From an uncultured Acidobacteriota bacterium (GTDB lineage Bacteria > Acidobacteriota > UBA6911 > RPQK01 > JAPXNP01), in NCBI GenBank assembly GCA_963723965.1, contig CAVRSV010000016.1:36923-100922 (forward strand): a DNA stretch of 64,000 nucleotides, written 5' to 3'. The notes under the pieces are model-generated. The model was given only the letters and a program-made list of their open reading frames with translations, had not been told where the DNA came from and did not search any database. Below are positions 10,281-20,361 of the stretch, piece by piece (the first letter of the stretch is position 1; the number at the start of each line of letters is the position of its first letter). The position numbers were made by a program, and so were the translations under genes.

Positions 10281-12937
10281 CGGTAGGCTCCTTCCCGGGC
10301 GAGCAGAGCGACCGGAAATCGCTCGAGGAGCCGGCTCAGCGGGACATCACGGGACGTGAACCGGTCGCCCGTCAGGAGATTGATCCAGGTCCCTCCCGGT
10401 ATGGTCAGAACCGTGTCAGCCCAGTCCCCTCCCAGCCCGAGCACGAGGCGGGGAACCACCGTCACGGCACCGTCCCCCCGCTGAAAGGCCACTGCGTGCT
10501 CCTCTTTGCCGCCGCGGGCTCGAAGCGGTCGATAGCTTCCCTCCGGCCCGAACAGCGCCGGCTGCATCTTCCTGAAATGCAGCGCATGGCGGATGACCCA
10601 CAGCTTGGGCAGTCCCTCGTCGATGCCTGCCATCGCCTCGTCGACCGACATATCGCGGATTCGCCCGAGAAGCCGCCGTCGCAGCCCGAAGTCAACGGGC
10701 CGCCGATTATCCGGGTCGACCAGACTCAGATCCCAGAGCTCGGCGCCCTGGTAGATGTCGGGGACGCCGGGAGCCGTGAGCTTCAGCAGGGTCTGCGCCA
10801 GACTGTTGATCCGGCCGGGTGTCACCAGAGGCGTGACGAATTCCTCCAGCTGGTTGCGGAAGCTCTCATCCTCCATCGTGGCATGAATGAACTCCCTGAG
10901 GCCCGCTTCGAAGTCCTCGTTGTGCTGCGTCCAGGAGGTCCGCAGCTTGGCTTCCCGCACGGCCTTCTCCATGTACGCAGCCATCCGCTCCGGGTCGATC
11001 GGCCAGGCGCCGACCAACGTCTGGTAGAAGAGGTACTCGGAATTGCGGTCGGGGGCATCGCCGCGCCGGTACCGGGCATTGTGCGTCGCCCATTGTCGGA
11101 CCGCCTCGGACCAGCGGGCCGGAATCTCGGACAGCAGCGCCAGCCGGCTGCGGACATCCTCGCTCCGCTTGGTGTCGTGGGTCGAGGAGGCGAGCAGCGA
11201 CCGGGGATGCGTGGCGAGGGCCTCGCTGCAGAAGCGGTGAAACTCGCCGACGGTGATTCCGAAGCGGCCCGGGTCGCCTCCCACTTCGTTGAGGCTGATC
11301 AGCCGGTGAAAGCGATAGAAGGCCGTATCCTCCAGTCCCTTGGCCGTCGCGGCCCCGGTCAATTGCTGGAAGCGCATGGCCAGCTCCCCCTCGAGAGGTC
11401 CGGAGATCCGCAGCAGCAGCAGACTCTCGAGGAATCGGAACAGCTCCGGGTCCAGGTCGGGACGTTCCGCCATGGCATCCTCGATGGATTCGGCGACGTA
11501 GCGCCGGTCGCTTTCGGAGACGGCTCCGGCGGCAGGTCGGACGTAGGTCCGATATACGGGAAAGCAGGCCGCCGTCTGCAACAGGGCCTCGCGGAGCTCG
11601 TATCGTGTGTAGTCCCGGTGGCGCCGGTGCTGCTCGCAGATATCGACGAACAGGGCCGTCAGGCGGTTGAGTTCGCTGCCCAGCAGCTGATCGAGGACCA
11701 GCCGTTTGCAGGCGCGGACGAGCGTGGCGAAGTCCGACGTCTCATCGCTGAACTGCTCGTAGAGACGCGTCAGCAGCCCCTCGCCGTCGGGATCGATGAA
11801 CAGACCGTCGCAGACGTTCAGGAAATCGTATCCCGTTGTTCCGTCCACGGGCCAGTCCGCCGGCAGCCGCTCACCCGGGGAGAGGATCTTCTCGGCAACG
11901 ATCCAGGTATCCGGACATGCTTCGCGCAGGCGCCGGAAGTATTCTGCAGGGTTTCTCAGTCCGTCCGGATGATCGATTCGCAGGCCCTGAACCAGGCGCG
12001 CCCGCACCCATCCGAGGGGCAGCGCGTGGGTCGCCTCGAAGACCTCGGGATCCTCCACCCGCAGTCCCGCCAGATCATTGATGTCGAAGAACCTGCGGTA
12101 TCCGAGGTCCCGTCCTGCGGTCCGCCAGAAGGCGAGCCGGTAGTTTTGCCGGTCGATCAACCGATCCATCGCATCGGGGTCGCCGTTCAGCCCTTCGACC
12201 TCGTCCTCCAGCGCCCGTTCGCTGTTCCGGTCTTCGCGGCAGAGGCGGGCCAGAAGCCTCGCCAGCACCGCCTTGTCGCGGTGGCGCCGTTCGATGGCTT
12301 CACGCGCGGTGACGGTCGGCCGCGGCAGGCGGGCGTAGCTGTCGGCCAGAAAGCCCAGGAGCTCCGACCCGCAGGCCTCCGAGGCGCGGCTGAGGAGTTC
12401 GACGATGCTGGATGGGTCGATGGGAAAGGAATGCTCCTGATAGTGGAGCGTGAGCACCCCCTCGCGGTGGGAGAGCCGCAACTGGCCGTCCTCGAGGATA
12501 CGTCCGTAATGGTCGCCCAGTACCGGCAGGAGCACCTTGTTGGGCCAGCGGTCCTCCGAAGCCTCCCAGTCGACATCGAAGTAGGTCGCGAAACGGCTCG
12601 AAGGGCCGTTCTCGAGGACGTCCCACCACCAGGGGTTCTGCTGCCCGATGATGGCCATGTGGTTGGGGACCATATCGATCATCTGGCCGAGCCGAGCCTC
12701 TTCGAGTGACCGGCAGAGCGCCCCGTGGCCCGACGCGCCCCCGAGTTCCTCGTTGATACGGGTCGGATCGACGACGTCGTAGCCGTGGCTGCTTCCCGCG
12801 GTCGCCTGCAGGTAGGGAGAGGCATAGAAGTGGCTGACGCCGAGATCGGCCAGGTAGGTGGCGAGTTCCGCCGCCTGCTCGAAGCCGAAGCCGGGCTGCA
12901 GCTGAATCCGATAGGTGGCGGCGGGTTCAGGATTCAC
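10277..12937 (-). CDS. treY: Malto-oligosyltrehalose synthase; start probably GTG at 12937 (ORF track start 12991 overlaps glgX by 65 nt)
   Basis: YRIQLQPGFGFEQAAELATYLADLGVSHFYASPYLQATAGSSHGYDVVDP is the TreY N-terminal signature. In-frame GTG 8 nt upstream of the glgX stop. Confidence 0.88.
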   Translation of the reverse strand: MNPEPAATYRIQLQPGFGFEQAAELATYLADLGVSHFYASPYLQATAGSSHGYDVVDPTRINEELGGASGHGALCRSLEEARLGQMIDMVPNHMAIIGQQNPWWWDVLENGPSSRFATYFDVDWEASEDRWPNKVLLPVLGDHYGRILEDGQLRLSHREGVLTLHYQEHSFPIDPSSIVELLSRASEACGSELLGFLADSYARLPRPTVTAREAIERRHRDKAVLARLLARLCREDRNSERALEDEVEGLNGDPDAMDRLIDRQNYRLAFWRTAGRDLGYRRFFDINDLAGLRVEDPEVFEATHALPLGWVRARLVQGLRIDHPDGLRNPAEYFRRLREACPDTWIVAEKILSPGERLPADWPVDGTTGYDFLNVCDGLFIDPDGEGLLTRLYEQFSDETSDFATLVRACKRLVLDQLLGSELNRLTALFVDICEQHRRHRDYTRYELREALLQTAACFPVYRTYVRPAAGAVSESDRRYVAESIEDAMAERPDLDPELFRFLESLLLLRISGPLEGELAMRFQQLTGAATAKGLEDTAFYRFHRLISLNEVGGDPGRFGITVGEFHRFCSEALATHPRSLLASSTHDTKRSEDVRSRLALLSEIPARWSEAVRQWATHNARYRRGDAPDRNSEYLFYQTLVGAWPIDPERMAAYMEKAVREAKLRTSWTQHNEDFEAGLREFIHATMEDESFRNQLEEFVTPLVTPGRINSLAQTLLKLTAPGVPDIYQGAELWDLSLVDPDNRRPVDFGLRRRLLGRIRDMSVDEAMAGIDEGLPKLWVIRHALHFRKMQPALFGPEGSYRPLRARGGKEEHAVAFQRGDGAVTVVPRLVLGLGGDWADTVLTIPGGTWINLLTGDRFTSRDVPLSRLLERFPVALLAREGAYR

Positions 12938-15026
12938 GGCGCAGCACCACCAGCGAGCGGGCCTGGAGCTCGATGGGGCTGCCAGCCGCAAGCGTGTCCG
13001 TATCGGCGAGCCATCCGACCTCTGTGTCCAGTTCCATGGCCCACTGCTTGCCCCACTCCGAGCCGGGGAGGGTGAAGACGAGAGGTTCGTAGTGGGCGTT
13101 GAGGATGACGTAGAAACTGTCGTCGGTCGTGGGCTCTCCTCGGGGATTCGGGTTCGGGATCGTCTCGCCGTTAAGAAAGATGCCGATCGAATTGAACGAC
13201 CCCTGGCCCCAGGTTTCTTCCTCCATCTGCTTGCCGCCCACGGTAAACCAGGCGATGTCCTTGACGTCGCTTCCGTGGATGGGTCGACCCTGGAACCAGC
13301 GCCTGCGTCGAAACACCGGATGGTTCCTGCGGTACTGGATCAGTCCCTGGGTGAACTCGAGGAGCTTCTCGTCGACGTTCTTCCAGTCGTACCAGGAGAT
13401 TTCGTTGTCCTGACAGTAGGCGTTGTTGTTCCCCTGCTGGGTCCGTCCGATCTCATCGCCTCCGAGCAACATGGGGACTCCCTGGGAGAGAAAGAGAGTC
13501 GCCAGAAAGTTCCGCTTCTGCCGCCGGCGCAGTTCGGCGACTCCCGCCAACTCGGTCGGGCCCTCGACTCCGCAGTTCCACGCCCGGTTGTAGCTCTCGC
13601 CGTCCCGATTATCCTCGCCGTTGGCTTCGTTGTGCTTCTCGTTGTAGGAGACCAGATCGGTCAGTGTGAAGCCGTCGTGACAGGTGACGAAATTGATACT
13701 GGCGTAGGGCAGTCGGGAGGTGTCTTCGTATAGATCCGAGCTCCCCGTAAAGCGGGACGCGAACTCCCCCAGCGTCTGACCCTGACCGCGCCAGAAGTCA
13801 CGCACGCAGTCCCGGTACTTGCCGTTCCATTCCGTCCACACCGTCGGGAAGTTGCCGACCTGGTAGCCGCCTTCGCCGACGTCCCAGGGCTCCGCGATCA
13901 GCTTGACCTGGCTGATCACCGGATCCTGCTGGATGATGTCGAAAAAAGCCGACAGTCGATCCACGTCGTGGAGCTCGCGGGCCAGCGTCGCGGCCAGGTC
14001 GAATCGAAATCCGTCCACGTGCATTTCCAGCACCCAGTAGCGAAGCGAGTCCATGATGAGCTGAAGGACGTAGGGATGGCGCATGTTGAGGCTGTTTCCC
14101 GTGCCGGTGTAGTCCGTGTAGTAGCGCGCATCCTCGGCCAGGCGGTAGTAGTAGGCATTGTCGATTCCCCGGAAGCTCAGCATGGGTCCGAGGTGGTTGC
14201 CTTCGGCGGTGTGGTTGTAGACGACGTCCAGGATCACTTCGATGCCCGCCTGATGGAGCGCCCGCACCATCTCTTTGAACTCGGCGATCATGGCCCCCGG
14301 GCGTTTATCGGAAGCGTATTCGTGATGGGGCGCGAAATAGCCGATCGAGTTGTACCCCCAGTAGTTGCGAAGTCCCTGGTCGACGAGATGCTGATCCTGG
14401 ATGAACTGATGAATGGGCATCAGCTCCACCGCGGTAATCCCGAGTTGCTGGAAATAGTCGATGATCACGGGTTCGGCCAGCCCGGCGTAGGTCCCCCGAC
14501 GCTCGGCAGGAACGTCGGGGTGGCGGGCCGTCAGGCCCTTGACGTGGGTCTCGTAGATGATCGTTTCGTGCCAGGGGAGCTGGAGGCGTTGGTCTCCGGC
14601 CCATTCGAAGTGAGGTTGATGGACCACGCTCTTGGGCATGTAGCGGGCATCGTCCTCGACGCTCGCGGTCTCCAGGCCACCGTCGAGGTCGTAGGGGAAC
14701 ACGGCGCGGTTCCACTTCACGTGGCCGTCGATGGCCTTGGAATAGGGATCCAGCAAGAGCTTATGGGCGTTGCAGCGGTGACCGTTGTGCGGGTCCCAGG
14801 GACCGTGGACGCGGTATCCGTAGCGCTGCCCCGGCTCGATCCGGGGCAGGTACCCGTGCCAGCAATATCCGGTCACCTCGGGAAGGTCGACGCGCTTCTC
14901 GGCGCCGCTGTGACTGAACAGGCAGAGTTCGACCCGCTCGGCGATCTCGGAGAAGATGGAGAAATTCGTGCCGGAGCCGTCGTAGTTGGCGCCGAGCGGA
15001 TAGGGGGTGCCGGGCCAGATTCTCAT
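12927..15026 (-). CDS. glgX: Glycogen debranching enzyme (GH13, isoamylase type)
   Basis: 699 aa. MRIWPGTPYPLGANYDGSGTNFSIFS... with GH13 catalytic motifs. Classical treX-treY-treZ order. Confidence 0.9.
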   Translation of the reverse strand: MRIWPGTPYPLGANYDGSGTNFSIFSEIAERVELCLFSHSGAEKRVDLPEVTGYCWHGYLPRIEPGQRYGYRVHGPWDPHNGHRCNAHKLLLDPYSKAIDGHVKWNRAVFPYDLDGGLETASVEDDARYMPKSVVHQPHFEWAGDQRLQLPWHETIIYETHVKGLTARHPDVPAERRGTYAGLAEPVIIDYFQQLGITAVELMPIHQFIQDQHLVDQGLRNYWGYNSIGYFAPHHEYASDKRPGAMIAEFKEMVRALHQAGIEVILDVVYNHTAEGNHLGPMLSFRGIDNAYYYRLAEDARYYTDYTGTGNSLNMRHPYVLQLIMDSLRYWVLEMHVDGFRFDLAATLARELHDVDRLSAFFDIIQQDPVISQVKLIAEPWDVGEGGYQVGNFPTVWTEWNGKYRDCVRDFWRGQGQTLGEFASRFTGSSDLYEDTSRLPYASINFVTCHDGFTLTDLVSYNEKHNEANGEDNRDGESYNRAWNCGVEGPTELAGVAELRRRQKRNFLATLFLSQGVPMLLGGDEIGRTQQGNNNAYCQDNEISWYDWKNVDEKLLEFTQGLIQYRRNHPVFRRRRWFQGRPIHGSDVKDIAWFTVGGKQMEEETWGQGSFNSIGIFLNGETIPNPNPRGEPTTDDSFYVILNAHYEPLVFTLPGSEWGKQWAMELDTEVGWLADTDTLAAGSPIELQARSLVVLRRES

Positions 15027-15304
15027 GGTGTCGTCCTCTGGGCAGGAACTCGGCCTCCGCTACGACGGATCCGTATCGTCGATCGACCGCCGTCGCTGCT
15101 CTTCGTCCCGATGCTCGCTTGCGGGAGGCAGCATCCTGCCGTTCTCCTCCCAGTTTAGCGGATTTGTTTCAGGCGTTTGCACAGAGAGGAGGGATGAATG
15201 GAATCTCAAGTCTCGCCGGCCTCGCCTGGCTTTGCCACGATGACGGCGTACATCGGGTTCAGGAGGCCGCGACCGGCAAGGTAGTCTTCGAGTTGCATGG
15301 CCTC

Positions 15305-15340
15305 GCAAAAAAAAGCGGGCGGCACCGGAGTGCCGCCCGC
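15305..15340 (-). terminator. Rho-independent terminator downstream of the small secreted-protein gene
   Basis: Perfect hairpin GCGGGCGGCAC-cgga-GTGCCGCCCGC (11-bp stem) followed on the minus strand by TTTTTTTT, 30 nt after the stop at 15372. Confidence 0.8.
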
Positions 15341-15371
15341 TTGGAGGTGTCTGCACGGTTTAAGGAAATTC

Positions 15372-15815
15372 TTAGCTGCTTTCTCCACTCTCGAGTGTGG
15401 CCGGAACCTTGACCATGGACGGCTTCACGTTCTTGGCCAACTGCTCACGCTCCAACTTCACAGGAACGTGCCACCCTTCCATGCCCTCCAGGGTCCAGAG
15501 GTCGGAGAGGTAGTAGTGGTCGCCGTACTTCACGAAATCAATCGTGGTGCTCGGCTGAGGAGTCGTGGAATTCTCGTCCTCGGTTACGAACATGGCCTGC
15601 TCCTGGGAACCGTCCTTGGTGGCGCGGATCTGCCAGTCGCTCTCGTTGTTGGCCGACTTCTGCCAGAAGGAATACTGTCCCGCGGGAAGCACTCTTCCCT
15701 CCACGATGAAGGGGAAGGGGACGTTGGCGGTCAGGTGGATACCGTTCTGGGCAAACAGAGGCAAAGAGGCAAAGGCAAAAACAAGAACCAGAATGAGTGA
15801 GCTACGCTTAAGCAT
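15372..15815 (-). CDS. Small secreted hypothetical protein (about 147 aa)
   Basis: Internal ATG with AAGGAG RBS 6 nt upstream. Signal peptide MLKRSSLILVLVFAFASLPLFAQ. The upstream part of the 276-aa ORF lacks coding character and lies in an AT-rich spacer. Confidence 0.6.
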   Translation of the reverse strand: MLKRSSLILVLVFAFASLPLFAQNGIHLTANVPFPFIVEGRVLPAGQYSFWQKSANNESDWQIRATKDGSQEQAMFVTEDENSTTPQPSTTIDFVKYGDHYYLSDLWTLEGMEGWHVPVKLEREQLAKNVKPSMVKVPATLESGESS

Positions 15816-15816
15816 G

Positions 15817-16245
15817 ACTTGCTCCTTTTGTACGCTTTCGATTCGTTCAGGCAAACTGTTCGATCTGTTGGTTTGCCGTATTTGTTTCATCACACTGACT
15901 ACCCAAAGCACGTGATATGCCAATTCGTTAGATTCTGGATAAGTTATTGTAATACCAATACTTATGCTTTCTCCGCGTGGATCGGGTTGCGCCGCGGTCC
16001 GGGGCAATGATGCAGGGGACTGCAAAAATGACACACTCTCCGATGACCGGGACTGCCGGAAGGCCACATCACCGGGATGCCGGGGTTCACTCTCGAATCG
16101 GAGGGTGTGACCATAGCGCCCGTTACGGGCGAAGTTCAGAATGATCCTATCGGACCAAGCTAGTGCGGCGGCCCCGGCCGATTGTAATCTCCGAATCTCC
16201 ATGGTAGGGTGTTTTCACCGGTAGCAAATTCCAGCGGGCTCCGAG
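15817..16245. promoter_or_regulatory. AT-rich (locally low-GC) divergent promoter/regulatory island between the secreted-protein gene and the hydrogenase operon
   Basis: GC content drops sharply here (ttgtttcatcacactgactacccaaagcacgtgatatgccaattcgttagattctggataagttattgtaataccaatacttatgc) in an otherwise about 68% GC window. No ORF with coding character. Confidence 0.35.
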
Positions 16246-16260
16246 TTGGGGGAGGTGTGT

Positions 16261-17421
16261 ATGATTGCTCCTGACTTGAGTCTTGCAGAGACTCTCGAGC
16301 GCCACGACTACACCCGCCGCGATTTTCTGGGTTTCTGCGCCAAGATGGCAGCCGTACTCGGCCTGCCCGCGACAGGCGTCATGGAGATCGCCCGGGCCCT
16401 CGAGGCCACGCGACGCCCCGTTCTCGTCTGGCTCGAATTCCAGGACTGCGCGGGCAATACCGAGTCCATGCTGCGCGCGAGTCATCCGACCATCGCCGAA
16501 CTGGTCCTGAATCGCTTCTCCTGGGAGTACCACGAGACGATCATGGCGGCGGCCGGCAAAGAGGCGGAGCAGGCCCTGCAGAGCGCCGTCCAGCAGAACA
16601 AGGGCGAGTACGTGGCCGTCGTCGAGGGATCCATTCCCCTCGGCAATCCCGGTTACTGCACCATCGGAGGCCGTTCGTCCCTGGACATCGCCCGCGAGGT
16701 CTGCGCGGATGCCGCCGCCGTCATCGCCATCGGAGCCTGTGCCTGGGACGGAGGACTGGTCAGCTGCAGCCCGAATCCCACCGGCGCTGTCGGCCTCGAA
16801 GCGGCCCTGCCCGGCATCGACATCCTGAACCTCGGCGGCTGCCCGCACAATGTCGCTGACACGGCCGCGGTGCTCGTGCACTGGCTGACCTACAAGCGGA
16901 TGCCGGCGGTCGACTCCTATCACCGGCCGCTGTTTGCCTACGGCAGCATCGTTCACGACCAGTGCGAGCGCCGGGCTCACTACGATGCCGGAGAGTTCGT
17001 CGAGCAGTGGGGGGACGAAGGGCACCGGCGAGGCTGGTGTCTCTACAAGATGGGATGCAAGGGGCCCCACGCCACCTACAACTGCCCGACCGTCCGCTGG
17101 AACGACCAGACCAGCTGGCCCGTGAAGGGAGGACAGAACTGTTTTGCCTGTGCATCGCATCGCTTCTGGGATGTGATGTCCCCCTTTTACCGGCGCCTGC
17201 CGGACGTTCCCGGCTTCGGTGCGGACGTTTCGGCCGGGGAAGTCGGGGGCGCCTTCGTCGTTGGAGTGGCCGTTGCCACGGCGGCACACGGGATCGCGGG
17301 TGCCGTGCGAGCCCGGCTCCGGAAGCCCGACTCGAATGAAAGTCCCACCATCACTTCACCGGATCAGATCAAGGAGGCACGCCATGGCACGGATCGTGGT
17401 GGATCCCGTCACGAGGATTGA
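16261..17421 (+). CDS. hyaA: [NiFe]-hydrogenase small subunit, Tat-exported, with C-terminal membrane anchor
   Basis: Twin-arginine motif RRDFLGF, FeS-cluster Cys pattern, C-terminal TM GGAFVVGVAVATAAHGIAGAV. RBS GGGGGAGGTG before ATG 16261. Confidence 0.9.
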   Translation: MIAPDLSLAETLERHDYTRRDFLGFCAKMAAVLGLPATGVMEIARALEATRRPVLVWLEFQDCAGNTESMLRASHPTIAELVLNRFSWEYHETIMAAAGKEAEQALQSAVQQNKGEYVAVVEGSIPLGNPGYCTIGGRSSLDIAREVCADAAAVIAIGACAWDGGLVSCSPNPTGAVGLEAALPGIDILNLGGCPHNVADTAAVLVHWLTYKRMPAVDSYHRPLFAYGSIVHDQCERRAHYDAGEFVEQWGDEGHRRGWCLYKMGCKGPHATYNCPTVRWNDQTSWPVKGGQNCFACASHRFWDVMSPFYRRLPDVPGFGADVSAGEVGGAFVVGVAVATAAHGIAGAVRARLRKPDSNESPTITSPDQIKEARHGTDRGGSRHED

Positions 17422-19096
17422 GGGCCACTTGCGCATCGAGGCGCAGCTCGAAGACGATACCATCGCCAGCGCCTGGAGCGCCGGAACGATGTTTCGAGGC
17501 ATCGAGCTGATCATCCAGGGTCACGACCCTCGAGAGGCCTGGTACTGGATGCAGCGCATCTGTTCGGTCTGCACGACGGTGCACGGACTGGCCTCGGTGC
17601 GGGCGGTCGAGGACGCGCTCCAGATCGAAGTTCCGGAAAATGCGAGGCTCGTGCGCAACCTGATCGCCGGATCGCAGCTGATCCAGGATCATGTCATCCA
17701 CTTCTACCATCTGGGTGCGCTCGACTGGGTGGACGTGACCGGCGTCCTGAAGGCCGATCCTGCTCGGACGGCCCAGCTGGCTGCCTCGATCTCGGAGTGG
17801 GCCAAGGGTGGGACCGGTCACTTTACGGCCGTGCAGGCCCGGGTCAAGGCGCTGGTCGACAGCGGACAGCTCAGCCTGTTCACGAACGGCTTCTGGGGAC
17901 ATCCGGCCTACAAGCTGCCTCCGGAAGCCGACCTGTTGGCCGTCTCCCACTACCTGGACGCGCTCGAGTTCCAGCGCGACTTCATCCGCATGCATGCCGT
18001 ACTCGGCGGCAAGAATCCCCACCCCCAGAGCTACCTGGTAGGCGGAATGTCCACCGCCATGGACCAGAATTCGCCGGAAGCCGTCATCAACCCCGAACGG
18101 ATCGACTTCCTGCGCGAACGGGTCCGGCGGGCGGTGGAGTTCGTCGATCAGGTCTACCTCCCCGACCTTCTGGCGATTGCCCCCTTTTACCCGGAATGGA
18201 CCCAGGTGGGAGAAGGTGTCGGGAACTTCCTGGCTTATGGGGGATACCCGGAGGGGAGCATTCACGATCCCTCCCGGTACTTCATGCCGCGCGGTATCGT
18301 GCTGGGCCGCGACCTCTCCACGGTCCATCCCTTCTCCCCCGACAAGGTCACCGAGTACGTCTCCCGATCCTGGTACAGCTACACCGGAGGCGACGAAAAG
18401 GCTCTCGCTCCGTATGCCGGCGAGACGCGGCCCGACTATACGGGTCCCGAGCCGCCCTATGACTTCCTCAAGGTCGAGGACAAGTACTCCTGGCTCAAGG
18501 CCCCCCGCTACGAGGACAAGGTCATGGAAGTCGGGCCTCTGGCCAGGCTCCTGGTGGCGTATGCTGCCGGCCACCAATCGGCGAAAGCCATTGTCGACGG
18601 CACCCTGGCCACCCTGAAGCTGCCGGCCACGGCCCTGTTCTCGACGCTGGGCCGGATCGCCGCACGAGCCCTGGAGACGAAGCTGTTCGTGGATCAGATG
18701 GGCGTCTGGCTCGAGCGTCTGGCCGACAACCTGTCGGCCGGCAACACGGAAATCCACAATGGTGAAAAGTGGGATCCCTCCACCTGGCCCAAGTCGGCCC
18801 GCGGGTTCGGTCCCCACGAAGCGCCCCGTGGTGCGCTGGGGCACTGGGTCGAGATCGAGGATCGCATGGTCAAGCACTACCAGGTGGTCTCTCCGACCAC
18901 CTGGAACGGCGGACCACGGGATACGGCGGGTCAGCCCGGTCCCTATGAGGCGGCTCTGCCGAAAACGCGTCTGGCCGACCCCAGCCGGCCACTGGAGATT
19001 CTGCGGACGATCCACTCATTCGATCCCTGTCTGGCCTGTGCCGTTCACGTGCTGGACGGACGGGGTCGGCGTTACAAACACCTCGATCCGTTGTAG
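17384..19096 (+). CDS. hyaB: [NiFe]-hydrogenase large subunit
   Basis: N-terminal L1 motif RICSVCTTVH and C-terminal DPCLACAVH Ni-binding motifs. RBS AAGGAGG 6 nt before ATG 17384. Overlaps small-subunit 3' end by 38 nt. Confidence 0.93.
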   Translation: MARIVVDPVTRIEGHLRIEAQLEDDTIASAWSAGTMFRGIELIIQGHDPREAWYWMQRICSVCTTVHGLASVRAVEDALQIEVPENARLVRNLIAGSQLIQDHVIHFYHLGALDWVDVTGVLKADPARTAQLAASISEWAKGGTGHFTAVQARVKALVDSGQLSLFTNGFWGHPAYKLPPEADLLAVSHYLDALEFQRDFIRMHAVLGGKNPHPQSYLVGGMSTAMDQNSPEAVINPERIDFLRERVRRAVEFVDQVYLPDLLAIAPFYPEWTQVGEGVGNFLAYGGYPEGSIHDPSRYFMPRGIVLGRDLSTVHPFSPDKVTEYVSRSWYSYTGGDEKALAPYAGETRPDYTGPEPPYDFLKVEDKYSWLKAPRYEDKVMEVGPLARLLVAYAAGHQSAKAIVDGTLATLKLPATALFSTLGRIAARALETKLFVDQMGVWLERLADNLSAGNTEIHNGEKWDPSTWPKSARGFGPHEAPRGALGHWVEIEDRMVKHYQVVSPTTWNGGPRDTAGQPGPYEAALPKTRLADPSRPLEILRTIHSFDPCLACAVHVLDGRGRRYKHLDPL

Positions 19097-19111
19097 GGAG
19101 AGGAGCTGGAT

Positions 19112-19870
19112 ATGCTGGAACCCGCTGCTGTCAGCGAGGCCCTGCCCGGTGAGCCCGGGTCGGAGCTGATTCGAGCTTACGTCTGGGAACTTCCGGTTCG
19201 CCTCACCCACTGGATCACGGTTCTGTCCGTGGCGGTGCTGGCGTTTACCGGATACTACATCCATAACCCGTTCATCGAAGTCCGGACACCCGAGCCCTAC
19301 ACAATGGCCACCATCCGCTTCATCCATATCCTGGCGGGCTTCGTCTTCGCGGCCTCATTCCTGTATCGGATGTACTGGATGTTCAAGGGAAACCACTGTT
19401 CCCGGTGGCCCGCCTTCATTCCCGTTCGACGCAACCAGTGGCGCGGAATCGGGCAGATGATCCTCTACTACTCCTTCCTGCGCTGGCGCCCGACGTACCG
19501 GATCGGCCACAACTCCCTGGCTGCGGTCGTGTATCTCTTCATGTTCTTTCTGATGCTGGTCCAGATCCTGACCGGTTTCGCCATGTACGGGGAGATCCTC
19601 AATCATTCGATCGTTACTTCGCTCTTCGGCTGGCTGCCTCACCTCATCAACATTCAGTACCTGCGAATGATCCACTATCTGATCATGTTCGGGTTCTTCG
19701 CCTTTACGATTCACCATGTCTATAGCGCCATTCTGGTCTCGGCGGAAGAGAAGAATGCCCTGATCGAGAGCATCTTCACCGGCTACAAGTTCATTCCGGT
19801 AAGGGAGTTGGAGGGCGAGGCGCCCTGCGATGCCGAAACGTCACCGGAGGCGGTGGTCGGGACGCCATGA
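19112..19870 (+). CDS. hyaC: Ni/Fe-hydrogenase b-type cytochrome subunit
   Basis: 252 aa, four predicted TM helices, conserved His. RBS GGAGAGGAG. Follows the large subunit by 15 nt. Confidence 0.8.
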   Translation: MLEPAAVSEALPGEPGSELIRAYVWELPVRLTHWITVLSVAVLAFTGYYIHNPFIEVRTPEPYTMATIRFIHILAGFVFAASFLYRMYWMFKGNHCSRWPAFIPVRRNQWRGIGQMILYYSFLRWRPTYRIGHNSLAAVVYLFMFFLMLVQILTGFAMYGEILNHSIVTSLFGWLPHLINIQYLRMIHYLIMFGFFAFTIHHVYSAILVSAEEKNALIESIFTGYKFIPVRELEGEAPCDAETSPEAVVGTP

Positions 19871-20361
19871 GCGGGGAGCGGCAGTCGTCCAGCCTGGCGG
19901 TCGTCCTGGGAATGGGCAACCTGATCCTGTCCGACGACGGTCTCGGCGTCCAGGCCCTGCACCTGCTCGAACAGGATCCTCGCGTCCCCGCCGGGGCCAG
20001 CCTCGTCGATGCCGGCACCTTCGGGGTGGAACTGCTCGGCTATGTCGCCGGTGCTCGGCGGCTGCTGGTTCTCGACGCGGTCGACGTCGGTGCCGCCCCG
20101 GGGACGCTGATACGTATGGAAGGAGAAGCGCTCTCTCGGTTGCCGGCCGCCGGAAATGCCCACGATGTGAGTCTGGCGGACCTGCTGCTGGCGTTGCGAC
20201 TGATGGGCCAGGAACCCGGGAGTGTCGTCCTGATCGGCATCCAGCCCGCAAGAATCGAGCCGGGCACGGAACTCTCGCAGCCGGTTCGGGCGGCGCTGGC
20301 GAAGCTCGTAGACGCGGCGGTCCGGGAACTGGCCGCCGACGGGGAGTGTCCGGGGCGCTAG
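19867..20361 (+). CDS. hyaD: Hydrogenase maturation endopeptidase (HyaD/HybD family)
   Basis: 164 aa. LAVVLGMGNLILSDDGLGVQA...VDAGTFGVELLGYVAGARRLLVLDAV is the HybD family. ATGA overlap with hyaC. Confidence 0.85.
   Translation: MSGERQSSSLAVVLGMGNLILSDDGLGVQALHLLEQDPRVPAGASLVDAGTFGVELLGYVAGARRLLVLDAVDVGAAPGTLIRMEGEALSRLPAAGNAHDVSLADLLLALRLMGQEPGSVVLIGIQPARIEPGTELSQPVRAALAKLVDAAVRELAADGECPGR

Noticed and set aside
8466-15158. Long plus-strand ORFs (8466..10004, 10496..12709, 13968..15158)
   Set aside because: Antisense to treZ, treY and glgX, whose translations have clear family motifs. The plus-strand translations have no motifs.
16147-19015. Minus-strand ORFs 16147..17289 and 17369..19015
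   Set aside because: Antisense shadows of the hydrogenase small and large subunit genes.
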